A stretch of 64,000 nt of DNA from Acidimicrobiales bacterium (GTDB lineage: Bacteria > Actinomycetota > Acidimicrobiia > Spongiisociales > ZC4RG35), in contig JAGFIR010000015.1 in NCBI GenBank assembly GCA_024103415.1, positions 9,261 to 73,260 on the forward strand, written 5' to 3'. Shown in pieces: positions 38,886 through 48,143 of this stretch. Below the pieces are notes generated by a model, which saw only the letters and a list, made by a program, of their open reading frames with translations, was not told the origin of the DNA and searched no databases. Position 1 is the stretch's first letter; each line of letters opens with the position of its first letter. A program made the translations under genes and the position numbers.

Positions 38886-39503
38886 TCAGCCTTCGACAGC
38901 GCTGGCCGCGATCGCAGCCAGGGCGTTCAGGCCACCCACGCCAATCTCACCGGCGGCGCGGCCGAGGTTCTTGTTCTCGCCGTCGAGCACGATGTAGGTG
39001 GGCGTGGACATGACGCCGAATCCGAGTGCGATGGCGTTCTCGGCGTTGTCCATCACCGTCGGCACCTCCCAGTTCTCCCGCTGCAGCCACGTCTGCGGCG
39101 GGAAGTTGGGACGGCGGGCGTTGGTGAAGATCGTGGCGGCGTACATGTCGACACCCTCGGGGAGCCCGCCGTTGGCCAGCCAGTTGTTGATCACGGGGAC
39201 CTCGGCCTGGCAGTGGGGGCACCAGTGAGCGAGGAAGACGACGATCTTGGGTCGTCCGTCGGGTTCGATAGCGACTTCGTTGCCGTCCCAGTCGGTCCCG
39301 ACCACGGTGGGGGCGGTCATCCCGACGGCCGGGTCCCCTGCGTTGGGGTTCTCTACGGCGGGAAGGTTGGTGCCGGTGACGGTGGGAGTGCCGAAGCCGG
39401 CGGTCTCATCGGGCGGCTCCTCCCCCGCGATGGCCCAGGCGAGCCCGACGATCAGGGCCAGGCCGACGACACCGCCGATGATCCACATCAAGTTCTTGTT
39501 CAT
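38886..39503 (-). CDS. TlpA/ResA-like membrane-anchored thioredoxin (thiol-disulfide oxidoreductase)
   Basis: N-terminal transmembrane anchor; WCPHC active site. Confidence 0.8.
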   Translation of the reverse strand: MNKNLMWIIGGVVGLALIVGLAWAIAGEEPPDETAGFGTPTVTGTNLPAVENPNAGDPAVGMTAPTVVGTDWDGNEVAIEPDGRPKIVVFLAHWCPHCQAEVPVINNWLANGGLPEGVDMYAATIFTNARRPNFPPQTWLQRENWEVPTVMDNAENAIALGFGVMSTPTYIVLDGENKNLGRAAGEIGVGGLNALAAIAASAVEG

Positions 39504-40036
39504 TCCTCTTTCGCCTTCACATAGAACAGGAGCAGGACGGTGATGAGCGTAAACCCGACCCCGGCCATAAACGGGATCGAGATGAAGCCGAACTCCTCTA
39601 CGTACCGGGCGCTGCAGGGGTTCGTCGGATCACACCCGGAGCCCTCCAAACTGGGGAACACCTGCACGAGGTAGTGGTAGATCGAGGTGGCGAGCCCCAG
39701 CAGCGACAGCGGCAGGGCGTAGTACTTGACGACCATCTCCTTGCGGATCGCCCCGACCAGGAGCACGAGCGACATCGGGTACATGAAGATCCGCTGGAAC
39801 CAGCACAGACGGCAGGGGACGAAGTGGAAGTACTCGGAGTAGATGAGGGATCCGGCGGTGGCCACCGCTGCCACCGCCCAGGCCAGCCAGATGGCGCCCG
39901 AGCCGAGAAGGTCGCGGGCCGATTCCGGGCCCTTGACGAGCCGGTAGACGATCAGGACAACGGCTCCCACCAGGGCGACCAGGGTGAGGAGCGCCAGGAC
40001 CTTGTTGTAAGCGCTCAGCGTCTGCACGTCAGACAT
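39500..40036 (-). CDS. DsbB/BdbC-family disulfide bond formation protein
   Basis: 178 aa, 4 TM. Cys pairs CRLC and C-x5-C (GSGCDPTNPC). ATGA overlap with the thioredoxin gene. Confidence 0.7.
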   Translation of the reverse strand: MSDVQTLSAYNKVLALLTLVALVGAVVLIVYRLVKGPESARDLLGSGAIWLAWAVAAVATAGSLIYSEYFHFVPCRLCWFQRIFMYPMSLVLLVGAIRKEMVVKYYALPLSLLGLATSIYHYLVQVFPSLEGSGCDPTNPCSARYVEEFGFISIPFMAGVGFTLITVLLLFYVKAKEE

Positions 40037-40074
40037 CGTCAGCGCAGGGTAACGACGCCGAAACCGCTACTCGT

Positions 40075-40395
40075 TCAGTAGCTGGAGAAGCGCCCGGGGG
40101 GTGACAGCTCGTCGGGGTCGACGACCCTGACCTCGGCCGTCTCGGACATCTCCTCGATGACGCTGGCATGGACCTCGAGCTGTGTGGTCGACCCCACCTT
40201 GAGCAACTGGTATCGGTGCCGATCACCGGCGATGACGATGTCGACGCTCGCCATCAGACCCGATGGCGGGGCTACCAGCGACCCGCCGGCCGCGGCGGCG
40301 AGGGATCGCAGCATGTTGAGGGCGATCTGATAGGTGGAGAAGGGGCCGAAGATCTCCGGCTCAGCGCCCTCGGGCAGATAGAGGATTACGTACAT
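40075..40395 (-). CDS. Hypothetical protein (106 aa)
   Basis: ORF with coding-like composition. No recognised family. Confidence 0.4.
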   Translation of the reverse strand: MYVILYLPEGAEPEIFGPFSTYQIALNMLRSLAAAAGGSLVAPPSGLMASVDIVIAGDRHRYQLLKVGSTTQLEVHASVIEEMSETAEVRVVDPDELSPPGRFSSY

Positions 40396-40469
40396 GCCAG
40401 CAGGAGAGTGTAAGACCGACTTCTTCCGGCTGGCTTCTTCCGGCCGGTCCGCTGATGGTCACCCCGTGC

Positions 40470-40832
40470 TCACTGAGCGGCCGGCTCATCGAGCGGCTGG
40501 CTGAAGATCAACAGGTGCCCATCGGGTGTCCGTACGTTGAAGTCGCGCATCCCGTAGGGCCGGTCATCCAGTGGCTCCACTATGTCGGCGCCTCGGGCGC
40601 GCAGCTCGTCATGGCAGGAATCGACGTCGTCGACGACAACCGCCACCCTGGCCGGGCTGACGCTGCTTTCGGCGTACAGGTGGAACTCGGCGGTGTCGCG
40701 GATCACGGCCGCATAGGTAGGTGGGGTCTCCCAGGTGAATATGGTGTCGAACCCGAGCACGTTCGTGAAGTACGACCGTGCTGCCTCCACATCCCGGCAC
40801 GGCAGCACGGGAACCGCCACCCTCATGACCAT
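40470..40832 (-). CDS. VOC-family (glyoxalase/bleomycin-resistance) protein
   Basis: 120 aa. The paired beta-alpha-beta-beta-beta pattern and length are typical of VOC proteins. Confidence 0.7.
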   Translation of the reverse strand: MVMRVAVPVLPCRDVEAARSYFTNVLGFDTIFTWETPPTYAAVIRDTAEFHLYAESSVSPARVAVVVDDVDSCHDELRARGADIVEPLDDRPYGMRDFNVRTPDGHLLIFSQPLDEPAAQ

Positions 40833-40994
40833 TCCGTCACCTTACCGACCCCGCCCGGCTGCTCCGCGAAGAGCGGCCCCTCGAAGCCATCGGCATTCGC
40901 ACCGCCTCAAACGCATCTGCGACAGCCGGCGGATGAGGCCCAAGCGAACAATCTGAGCGTGGGCGAAACGACGAAAACCTGACCAGGTGAGAAC

Positions 40995-41070
40995 TGGCAG
41001 TCCCGACGGGATTCGAACCCGCGTTTCCGGCTTGAAAGGCCGGCGTCCTAGACCGCTGGACGACGGGACC
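40995..41070 (-). tRNA. tRNA-Glu (anticodon TTC), CCA encoded
   Basis: Minus-strand sequence GGTCCCGTCGTCCAGCGGTCTAGGACGCCGGCCTTTCAAGCCGGAAACGCGGGTTCGAATCCCGTCGGGACTGCCA folds as a cloverleaf. Anticodon loop CTTTCAA. Confidence 0.85.
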
Positions 41071-41104
41071 AGGGGCTCGATGTGAGGTTACGGCCCGGCG
41101 GGCC

Positions 41105-42526
41105 TCACCCCAACTCTCTACGCGCCCGTCGAAGCCGTTCCAGGGTCCGGTCCCGGCCGAGCGCCGCCATGGATTCGAACAACGGAGGGCTCACGGAAGT
41201 TCCCGTCACGGCAACCCGCACCGGTTGGAACACCTTGGCCGCCCCCATCTCCAGCTCGGCGGGGAGCTTGCGCATCTCCTCCTCGATGTGGACTGCATCC
41301 CAAGGATCGACGGCCTCGAGACCCTCGATGGCCCTGTCGAGCACCCCGGCGACCCCGTCCTTGGTCATCACCTTGTCCCAGGACGCCCGGTCGTAGCTCT
41401 CGAAGTCGGCGAACAGGAACCTGACCTGCTCGGCGGCCTCGGGGAGGAGACGCGTCCGTTCCTGGACGAGAGGCGAGACCATTCCGAAACGGTCCCACTC
41501 GTCGGGCTCGAGCTCCCGCCCGAGATCCTTCTCGATCCAGGGGCGGATCAGCTCGTCGAACCGCTCCGGGGCCATGGCCCGGATGTACTCCCCGTTCATC
41601 CACGCCAGCTTCTCCGGATCGAAGGCAGCCGGGTTCTTGGAGACGTTGGCGAGATCGAAGGCCGCGATGGCCTGCTCCTTGGTGAAGATGGTGGTCTCAC
41701 CGTCGAGCGACCACCCGAGGTTGGCCAGGTAGTTGAACATCGCCTCGGGCAAGAAGCCGGCCTCGCGGTACTCCGACAGGGCGGTGGCCCCGTGACGCTT
41801 GGAGAGCTTCCGGCCGTCGGTTCCGAAGAGGAGTGGCAGATGGGCGTACACCGGCTCGGTGTGACCCATCGCCCTGGTCAGCAAGATGTGCTTCGGAGTG
41901 GAGGGCAGCAGGTCCTCACCGCGGGCGACATGGGTGATCCCGTAGTCGACGTCGTCGGTGGTCGAGGCCAGGTGGTAGGTCGGGGTCCCGTCGGAGCGCA
42001 GGATGACGAAGTCGTCGATGTCCTGGGGCTCGAAGCTGACCCGACCCCGCACCAGATCGTCGAAGACCACCGGGCCGTCCTGGGGGATGGAGAGACGGAT
42101 GGCGCCCTCGGTCCGCTCCTGGTCGGGTCGGCGGATGTAATGCCCGGGGTGCTTGCCCTCGGACTGAGCCTTCTGCCGCAGCTCCTCCAGCTCCTCGGCG
42201 GAACGATCGTCGAAGTAGGCGGCGCCCGATTCGACCAGGGAACGGGCCACCTCGCGGTATCGATCGAAGCGGTCGGACTGCCGGTAGGTGCCGTGCGGCC
42301 CGCCGACGCGCGGGCCCTCGTCCCAGTCGAGCCCGAGCCAGAGGATCGAGTCGAGGATCTCGTCCTCGTACTCCTTGGTGGACCGCTCCAGGTCGGTGTC
42401 GTCGATCCTGACGATGAAGACACCGCCGTGATGACGGGCGTAGAGCCAGTTGAACAAAGCGGCCCGGGCGGTCCCGACGTGGAGGACACCGGTGGGCGAC
42501 GGGGCCATGCGAACCCGCACGCTCAT
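41105..42526 (-). CDS. gltX: Glutamate-tRNA ligase
   Basis: 473 aa. [20 protein letters not shown] (HIGH-type) and KLSKRHG (KMSKS) motifs. Confidence 0.9.
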   Translation of the reverse strand: MSVRVRMAPSPTGVLHVGTARAALFNWLYARHHGGVFIVRIDDTDLERSTKEYEDEILDSILWLGLDWDEGPRVGGPHGTYRQSDRFDRYREVARSLVESGAAYFDDRSAEELEELRQKAQSEGKHPGHYIRRPDQERTEGAIRLSIPQDGPVVFDDLVRGRVSFEPQDIDDFVILRSDGTPTYHLASTTDDVDYGITHVARGEDLLPSTPKHILLTRAMGHTEPVYAHLPLLFGTDGRKLSKRHGATALSEYREAGFLPEAMFNYLANLGWSLDGETTIFTKEQAIAAFDLANVSKNPAAFDPEKLAWMNGEYIRAMAPERFDELIRPWIEKDLGRELEPDEWDRFGMVSPLVQERTRLLPEAAEQVRFLFADFESYDRASWDKVMTKDGVAGVLDRAIEGLEAVDPWDAVHIEEEMRKLPAELEMGAAKVFQPVRVAVTGTSVSPPLFESMAALGRDRTLERLRRARRELG

Positions 42527-43287
42527 GCTGCCGCCACCACCCTGTTGGCGAGGGTGCCGATCCCGTCCACCTCGACCTCCATCAGGTCCCCGGGCTGCAC
42601 CGGGCCGACACCGGACGGCGTGCCGGTGAGCAGCACGTCACCAGGGAGGAGCGTCGTGAACGCCGACACGTACTCGATGATCTCGGCGACGCCAAAGACC
42701 ATGTCCGATGTGAAGCCGGCCTGACGCACCTCGCCGTTCACCCTGCAGATCACCGCCAGCCGCTCGGTGGGGTCGAGCTCCGTCTCGATGAACGGGCCCA
42801 GGGGGCAGAAGGTGTCGAAGCCCTTGGCCCGGGCCCACTGACCGTCCTTCCGCTGCAGGTCGCGGGCGGTCACGTCGTTGGCGGCGGTGTACCCGAAGAT
42901 GTAGGAGCCGGCGTCCTCGGCCTTGACGTTGCGGGCGGGGCGACCGATGACGACGGCCAGTTCTGCCTCGTGGTGGACCTCCTGGCTCTGCCGCGGGTAG
43001 ACGACGTTGGTGTCCGGCCCGATCACCGAGGTGGAGGGCTTGAGGAAGATCAGCGGCTCCTCGGGGACCTTGCCACCCATCTCGTCGGCGTGGTCCTCGT
43101 AGTTCTTGCCGACGCACACGACCTTGGTCGGGAGCACGGGGGCGAGCAGGGTGGCCTTGGACCACGGGACGACGATCTCGGTGGGCTCCCAGACGAAGAA
43201 CGGAGTCCCCTTGTAGACGAGCACGCCTTCGGCGTCGGCGACGCCGTAGACGATGTCGTCGTCGGCCTTGATCCGGACGATCTTCAC
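42523..43287 (-). CDS. Fumarylacetoacetate hydrolase (FAH) family protein (HpcE/2-keto-4-pentenoate hydratase-like)
   Basis: GTG start at 43287 overlaps the upstream gene stop (GTGA). FAH motifs [29 protein letters not shown]. Confidence 0.8.
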   Translation of the reverse strand: MKIVRIKADDDIVYGVADAEGVLVYKGTPFFVWEPTEIVVPWSKATLLAPVLPTKVVCVGKNYEDHADEMGGKVPEEPLIFLKPSTSVIGPDTNVVYPRQSQEVHHEAELAVVIGRPARNVKAEDAGSYIFGYTAANDVTARDLQRKDGQWARAKGFDTFCPLGPFIETELDPTERLAVICRVNGEVRQAGFTSDMVFGVAEIIEYVSAFTTLLPGDVLLTGTPSGVGPVQPGDLMEVEVDGIGTLANRVVAAA

Positions 43288-43772
43288 TGGGGATCGCTCC
43301 GGCGGTGCGTGTTGGCCCACCGGATGTGCTCCGGGGACTCGACGAGCAGGGAGCGATCCACCTCCGCCACCGCCGTCTCCCCCGGACGCTTGTCGTACGG
43401 CACTGCGGCCAGCCAGCGCTTCCGCTGTTCGATCACCTCGGGCGGGGCGTCGTGGTCGTAGCCGAGAAGGGCGAGGACCGCCTCGACGTCGCCCCGCACC
43501 GCAGCCCGGCCGAGGGCAGCCGCGCGGGCCATCACCAGCCCGACGACCACCTCCTCGAGACCGTGATCGTCGGGTAGGTCGAAATGGCGCACGACCTTGA
43601 CCGCCCAGCCCGGGTCTGGCCCGACGTTCCGGTAGGGACCGAAGCGATCCGGATCGTCCGGGGCGTCGGGCACGCCCGGCTTGTCGGCGCGCCAGCCCCT
43701 CGAGGCTGGCGGTTGCAGCGATCGCCGGGGTCGATCAGATGGGGTGAGGAGGACGTTTGGTTGCTGTGCCAT
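43284..43772 (-). CDS. Hypothetical protein (162 aa)
   Basis: Start overlaps the ilvE stop; stop overlaps the FAH start. No recognised family. Confidence 0.4.
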   Translation of the reverse strand: MAQQPNVLLTPSDRPRRSLQPPASRGWRADKPGVPDAPDDPDRFGPYRNVGPDPGWAVKVVRHFDLPDDHGLEEVVVGLVMARAAALGRAAVRGDVEAVLALLGYDHDAPPEVIEQRKRWLAAVPYDKRPGETAVAEVDRSLLVESPEHIRWANTHRRSDPQ

Positions 43773-44686
43773 CAGACGTGGGAGAGCCAGTGCTCGTAGT
43801 CGTCGAGCTTGCCCGTGACCGCGTCCCGATACAAGCCGACGGCCTTCAGCGTCATCGGGCCGGGCGTGCCGTCACCGACGGTCTTCCCGTCCACGGCACG
43901 AACCGGGGTCACCTCGGCCGCCGTGCCGGCCAGGAAGATCTCGTCCGCCGTGTACAGGCTCCCTCGGGCCAGATCGGTCTCCACCACTTCGACGCCCTCG
44001 GCGCGCAGCAGTGTCATCACCGAGTCCCGGGTGATGCCCTTGAGGATCCCGGACGACACCGGCGGGGTGTACACGACTTCGTCCTCGACGACGAAGAGGT
44101 TCATGCCGCTCCCCTCTGCCACCTGGCCGGAGTCGTTGAGCAGGATCGCCTCGTCGTAGCCGGAGCGGGTGGCCTCGCCCTTGGCGAGCATCGAGTTGAG
44201 ATAGCCGCCGGAGCCCTTGGCGGTGGGGACGAACGAGTTGTGGGAGATCCGCCGCCAGCTCGACACCATGGTGGAGATGCCCTCGGTGACGGCGTGCGAG
44301 CCGTGATAGGAGCCGAAGGGGAACGCCGCCATCATCGTGTGGGCCGGGCTCTTCGACGGATAGAGGCCAACGTCGCCGTAGCCCCAGAAGACGAGCGGGC
44401 GGATGTAGGCGTTGTCGAGACCGGTCACCCGTAGCAGTTCGAGGCAGGCCTCTACCAGCTGCTCGGTAGACCATTTGAGCGGGATCTCATAGGCCTTGGC
44501 CGAGTCGTGCAGCCGGTCCATGTGCTCGACGAGCCTGAACACGGCAGGGCCTTCGGGAGTGGCATAGGAACGGATCCCTTCGAACACACCGGTGCCGTAC
44601 TGGAGGGCGTGGGTCATGAAATGAACCTGCGCCTGCTCCCAGGGGATCAGCTCGCCATCACTCCAGATGTGGGTGGCGCTCTCCAT
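43772..44686 (-). CDS. ilvE: Branched-chain amino acid aminotransferase (class IV)
   Basis: 304 aa from MESATHIWSDGELIPWEQAQVHFMTHALQYGTGVFEGIRSY... The rest of the 777-aa track ORF is antisense shadow. Confidence 0.85.
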   Translation of the reverse strand: MESATHIWSDGELIPWEQAQVHFMTHALQYGTGVFEGIRSYATPEGPAVFRLVEHMDRLHDSAKAYEIPLKWSTEQLVEACLELLRVTGLDNAYIRPLVFWGYGDVGLYPSKSPAHTMMAAFPFGSYHGSHAVTEGISTMVSSWRRISHNSFVPTAKGSGGYLNSMLAKGEATRSGYDEAILLNDSGQVAEGSGMNLFVVEDEVVYTPPVSSGILKGITRDSVMTLLRAEGVEVVETDLARGSLYTADEIFLAGTAAEVTPVRAVDGKTVGDGTPGPMTLKAVGLYRDAVTGKLDDYEHWLSHV

Positions 44687-44743
44687 GGCGCAAAGGCTAA
44701 ACGAGCACGGGGTGTGCCGCGTCCGGCCCCTACGCTGTCGCCC

Positions 44744-45202
44744 GTGGCTCGTCTGGTCGCCTCGTTCTTCGGCAGCGGTCTCATCATCCGCACCCTGCGC
44801 GGCAAGGACAGCGGCTCGGGCACGGTGGGCGGATTGGCCGCCGCGGCGGTGGGGCTGTGGGTGGGTCGGACGACGGGCTGGCAGTGGGTCCTCGCCCTGG
44901 CCGTTCTGACGGTAGTCGCCGGGATGGCGGCGATCCGGGCCCTCTACACGAGCCACGGCGACGCCGGCTGGATCGTGGTCGACGAGGCCGCCGGCGCCTT
45001 CCTCGCCCTCGTCGGGATCACCTCGGTGCCGGCGGCGCTGGTCGCATTCGGCGTCTTCCGGTTGGCCGACATCTTCAAGCGCGTCTTCCCCGGGGTGGCC
45101 CGGGCGGAGGACATCCCGGGCCCGACCGGCGTAATGGCTGACGACCTGGTGGCCGGGATCTATGGACTTTTGGCCGGTCACATCGTCCAGAGGCTCGTCT
45201 AG
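44744..45202 (+). CDS. pgpA: Phosphatidylglycerophosphatase A
   Basis: GTG start. VASFFGSGL, IVVDEAAG, FRLADIFK, DDLVAGIY motifs of PgpA. Confidence 0.75.
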   Translation: MARLVASFFGSGLIIRTLRGKDSGSGTVGGLAAAAVGLWVGRTTGWQWVLALAVLTVVAGMAAIRALYTSHGDAGWIVVDEAAGAFLALVGITSVPAALVAFGVFRLADIFKRVFPGVARAEDIPGPTGVMADDLVAGIYGLLAGHIVQRLV

Positions 45203-45223
45203 ATTGCGAAACAGGAGGCCCGA

Positions 45224-45664
45224 ATGACCTGGAATCTGAACACGATCATCGTCGGAGTCGATGGCTCCGAAGGCGCCGAGAGGGCGGCCCGGCACGCGGT
45301 CGACGTCGCCCGCACCACCGGCGCCAAGCTCTACATCGCAACCGTGGTCCGACCGCCCGAGGGCTGGTGGGGCATCGGTGGCGCTCCTCCCACCCCCGAG
45401 GCGCTGTCCACCGCGCTCATCGAGGGACAGAAGGAAGTGCTCGACAACCTCGTCGCCGCCCTCGACCTCGAAGGTGTCGACTACGAGACGCTGCAGGATC
45501 TCGGTGATCCTGCCAGCCGTCTCATCGCCATCGCCGAGGAGCGCAACGCCGATCTCATGGTGATCGGACGCCGGGGAGCGGGTCTGGTGGAACGGGTGAT
45601 CATCGGCTCCGTCGCCGATCGGATCTGCCACCACTCTCCCTGCCCCGTGCTCCTCATCCCCTGA
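45224..45664 (+). CDS. Universal stress protein (UspA family)
   Basis: 146 aa. IIVGVDGSEGAERAARHA..., C-terminal GSVADRICHHSPCPVLLIP. Confidence 0.85.
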   Translation: MTWNLNTIIVGVDGSEGAERAARHAVDVARTTGAKLYIATVVRPPEGWWGIGGAPPTPEALSTALIEGQKEVLDNLVAALDLEGVDYETLQDLGDPASRLIAIAEERNADLMVIGRRGAGLVERVIIGSVADRICHHSPCPVLLIP

Positions 45665-45686
45665 GGACGCGCCCACGCAGGCGGGC

Positions 45687-46250
45687 ATGAGCCCAGTTGC
45701 CATCGTGCCCATCCGGTCGTTCCGACTGGGCAAGTCGCGGCTCGCCCCGCACATGTCCGAAGACGAACGACACGCGCTGGCCCGGGCGCTGGCCGATCGG
45801 GTCACCGAAGCGGCAGCCGCCGCGGGCCTGTCACCGCTGGTCGTCACCTCCGACCCCGAGGTGGCCCAATGGGCTGCGGCCGCGGGTCTGCCGGTCGTCC
45901 CCGATCCCGGAGGCGGTCTCGACGCGGCCTGCCGCTCGGGTGTGGTCGCCGCCGGAGACCGCAGGTGGGTGGTGATCCACTCCGACCTCCCCCTCATCGC
46001 CGCGGCCGACCTGAGGACGGTGGCGGATGAGATCGCAGCCGGCAGGGACGTGATCGCCCCCTCTTCGGATGGCGGCACCTCGGTGCTCTCTTCGTCGAGG
46101 CACATCGAGTTCTCGTACGGGCCGGGGAGCTTCCATCGTCATCTCGCCCGCCTCGACGACCCGGTGATCGTGGCCCGAGCAGGCCTCCTCCACGACCTCG
46201 ACACCGCCAGGGACTTCCGATCCGCGGCCCGTCTGGGGGTCCTGGGGTGA
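45687..46250 (+). CDS. cofC: 2-phospho-L-lactate / phosphoenolpyruvate guanylyltransferase (CofC/FbiD, F420 biosynthesis)
   Basis: 187 aa. MSPVAIVPIRSFRLGKSRL N-terminus characteristic of CofC (MobA-like nucleotidyltransferase fold). Confidence 0.8.
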   Translation: MSPVAIVPIRSFRLGKSRLAPHMSEDERHALARALADRVTEAAAAAGLSPLVVTSDPEVAQWAAAAGLPVVPDPGGGLDAACRSGVVAAGDRRWVVIHSDLPLIAAADLRTVADEIAAGRDVIAPSSDGGTSVLSSSRHIEFSYGPGSFHRHLARLDDPVIVARAGLLHDLDTARDFRSAARLGVLG

Positions 46251-47404
46251 GACGGGACCGGGTCCTGGCGTGGTTCGACCGGGGCCTGGATGCAGTAGAC
46301 GCCCGTCGTCTGGTGGCGAACCGTCTGAGCGGACGGGAGCCGTGCGGGATGATCGCCATCGGAAAGGCAGCCAGGAGCATGGCGTGGGGCGCCGCCGACG
46401 CCTGGGGAGCCGTGTCCGGCGTCTGCGTCTGCGACTCGGCCGGCGAGGTCCCAGCCGGGGTCGAACTGCTCGTGGGCGACCACCCGGTGCCCGGCCCCGC
46501 CAGCTTCGCGGCCGGCCGGCGGGTCATGGAGGTGGCGGCGGAACCGGGGCCCGTGATCCTGCTCCTCTCCGGTGGGGGGTCTGCCCTCTGCGAGCACCCT
46601 CTCCCCCATGTGCCCGAAGAGTTCGTCGCCATGGCCACGAGGAGGCTCCTCGCCGCCGGGGCGTCCATCGGCGACACCAATCTGGTCCGCTCCCACCTGT
46701 CGGCCCTCAAGGCCGGCGGGTTGGCTCGGGCAGCCGGCGGCGACATCCTCACCCTGGCCCTCAGCGATGTGGGGCCGCTGGGCCCCGAGACCATCGCCTC
46801 GGGACCCACCCTCTCCCCCGGCCGGGACCCCGAATCTGCACTTCGAGTCATGCGGGCCCACGGGATCGTCGTACCCGCAGGAGTCGAGGAGGCCGTCCGC
46901 TCGGTGCCAACGGAGCCCGTGGAGTCACCCTTCGAGGTGCTCGCCGATGGACGGGACGCGGCCGGGGCCTTGGTCGAGGCCGCTCGCGCCGACGGCGTCG
47001 AGGCCAGGCTCCACGATGGCTGGCTCGACGGCCCCGTGCCCGATGCTCTCCTCCGATTCCTGTCGTTCGCGGATACGGGCGTCACGGTCTGGGCGGGAGA
47101 GAGCACTCTCGAGGTGGCGGGTGATGGCCGGGGCGGGCGCAACACCCATGCCGCACTGCTGGGCGCCGTCCGGATCGCCGGCGAGGACGCCCTGTTCGCT
47201 GCCCTCGCCACCGACGGGGTGGACGGATCATCCGGGGCGGCCGGCGCCATCGTCGATGGCACCACCGTGGAGCGGGGCGGGGATCCGACGCCGGCCCTGG
47301 CCGCGTTCGACAGCGCCACCTACCTGGAAGCCGCCGGGGACCTGGTCGTGACCGGGCGCACCGGCACCAATGTCGCCGACCTGTGGGTCCTCTGGCGATG
47401 GTGA
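46247..47404 (+). CDS. MOFRL-family glycerate 2-kinase-like protein (DUF4147 + MOFRL)
   Basis: 385 aa. GTG start overlaps the cofC stop (GTGA). Gly-rich LLLSGGGSAL and MOFRL C-terminal region. Confidence 0.7.
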   Translation: MRRDRVLAWFDRGLDAVDARRLVANRLSGREPCGMIAIGKAARSMAWGAADAWGAVSGVCVCDSAGEVPAGVELLVGDHPVPGPASFAAGRRVMEVAAEPGPVILLLSGGGSALCEHPLPHVPEEFVAMATRRLLAAGASIGDTNLVRSHLSALKAGGLARAAGGDILTLALSDVGPLGPETIASGPTLSPGRDPESALRVMRAHGIVVPAGVEEAVRSVPTEPVESPFEVLADGRDAAGALVEAARADGVEARLHDGWLDGPVPDALLRFLSFADTGVTVWAGESTLEVAGDGRGGRNTHAALLGAVRIAGEDALFAALATDGVDGSSGAAGAIVDGTTVERGGDPTPALAAFDSATYLEAAGDLVVTGRTGTNVADLWVLWRW

Positions 47405-47438
47405 CAACGTATATTGGCCGGGACCTCGAAAGGGAGAG

Positions 47439-48143
47439 ATGACGAGAAACGTCGTGATCACAGGTGGAACAGGTGGGCTCGGCACCGCCCTCGTCCGACG
47501 GCTCCATCGCCAGGACTACAGGTTGGCGATCACGTACCTCCTTCCCGCCGAGGCGCAGCAGTTCGAGGAGGAGTTCGACGTCGACGACGAGAAGATCGTC
47601 CTCCGGCGGGTGGACGCCACCAACCCCGAGCAGATCAATGCCTTCTTCGGCGAGCTCGCCGGCACCTGGGGGTCGATCCACGGGGTGTGCGCACTGGTTG
47701 GCGGCTGGGCCGGTGGGCGCGACGTCGAAGAGACCGATGACGTCCGTTTGGAGCGAATGATCGACCTCAACCTGCGCTCCGCGTTCTACACCGTGAGGGC
47801 GGCGCTCCCCCATCTCACCAAGGCCGACTGGGGGCGCATCGTGCTCGTGGGCAGCCGGGCCGCCATCGACAACCCGGCAGGACAGGCGGCGTTCAACATC
47901 GCCAAAGCCGGTGTGATGTCACTCGGACTGACCGTGGCCCAGGAACTGGTCGGGACCAACGTCACCGCCAATGTGCTGATGCCCAACGTCATCGATACCC
48001 CGGCCACCCGTCAGGCCTACCCCCATGCCGACTACGTGAACTGGCCGACTCCAGACGAGATCGCCTCGGTGATCGAGTTCATCCTCGAGGAGCGGTCCCA
48101 CGTGATGAACGGCGCCCTCGTCCCCGTCTACGGCAAGACGTAG
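47439..48143 (+). CDS. SDR-family oxidoreductase
   Basis: 234 aa. TGGTGGLG Rossmann motif, and NIAKAG (YxxxK-like) region. Confidence 0.8.
   Translation: MTRNVVITGGTGGLGTALVRRLHRQDYRLAITYLLPAEAQQFEEEFDVDDEKIVLRRVDATNPEQINAFFGELAGTWGSIHGVCALVGGWAGGRDVEETDDVRLERMIDLNLRSAFYTVRAALPHLTKADWGRIVLVGSRAAIDNPAGQAAFNIAKAGVMSLGLTVAQELVGTNVTANVLMPNVIDTPATRQAYPHADYVNWPTPDEIASVIEFILEERSHVMNGALVPVYGKT

Noticed and set aside
43772-46105. 777-aa minus-strand ORF
   Set aside because: Only the C-terminal 304 aa (43772-44686) are ilvE. The remainder is antisense to the convincing pgpA, usp and cofC genes, and is Arg/Gly/Pro-rich shadow sequence.
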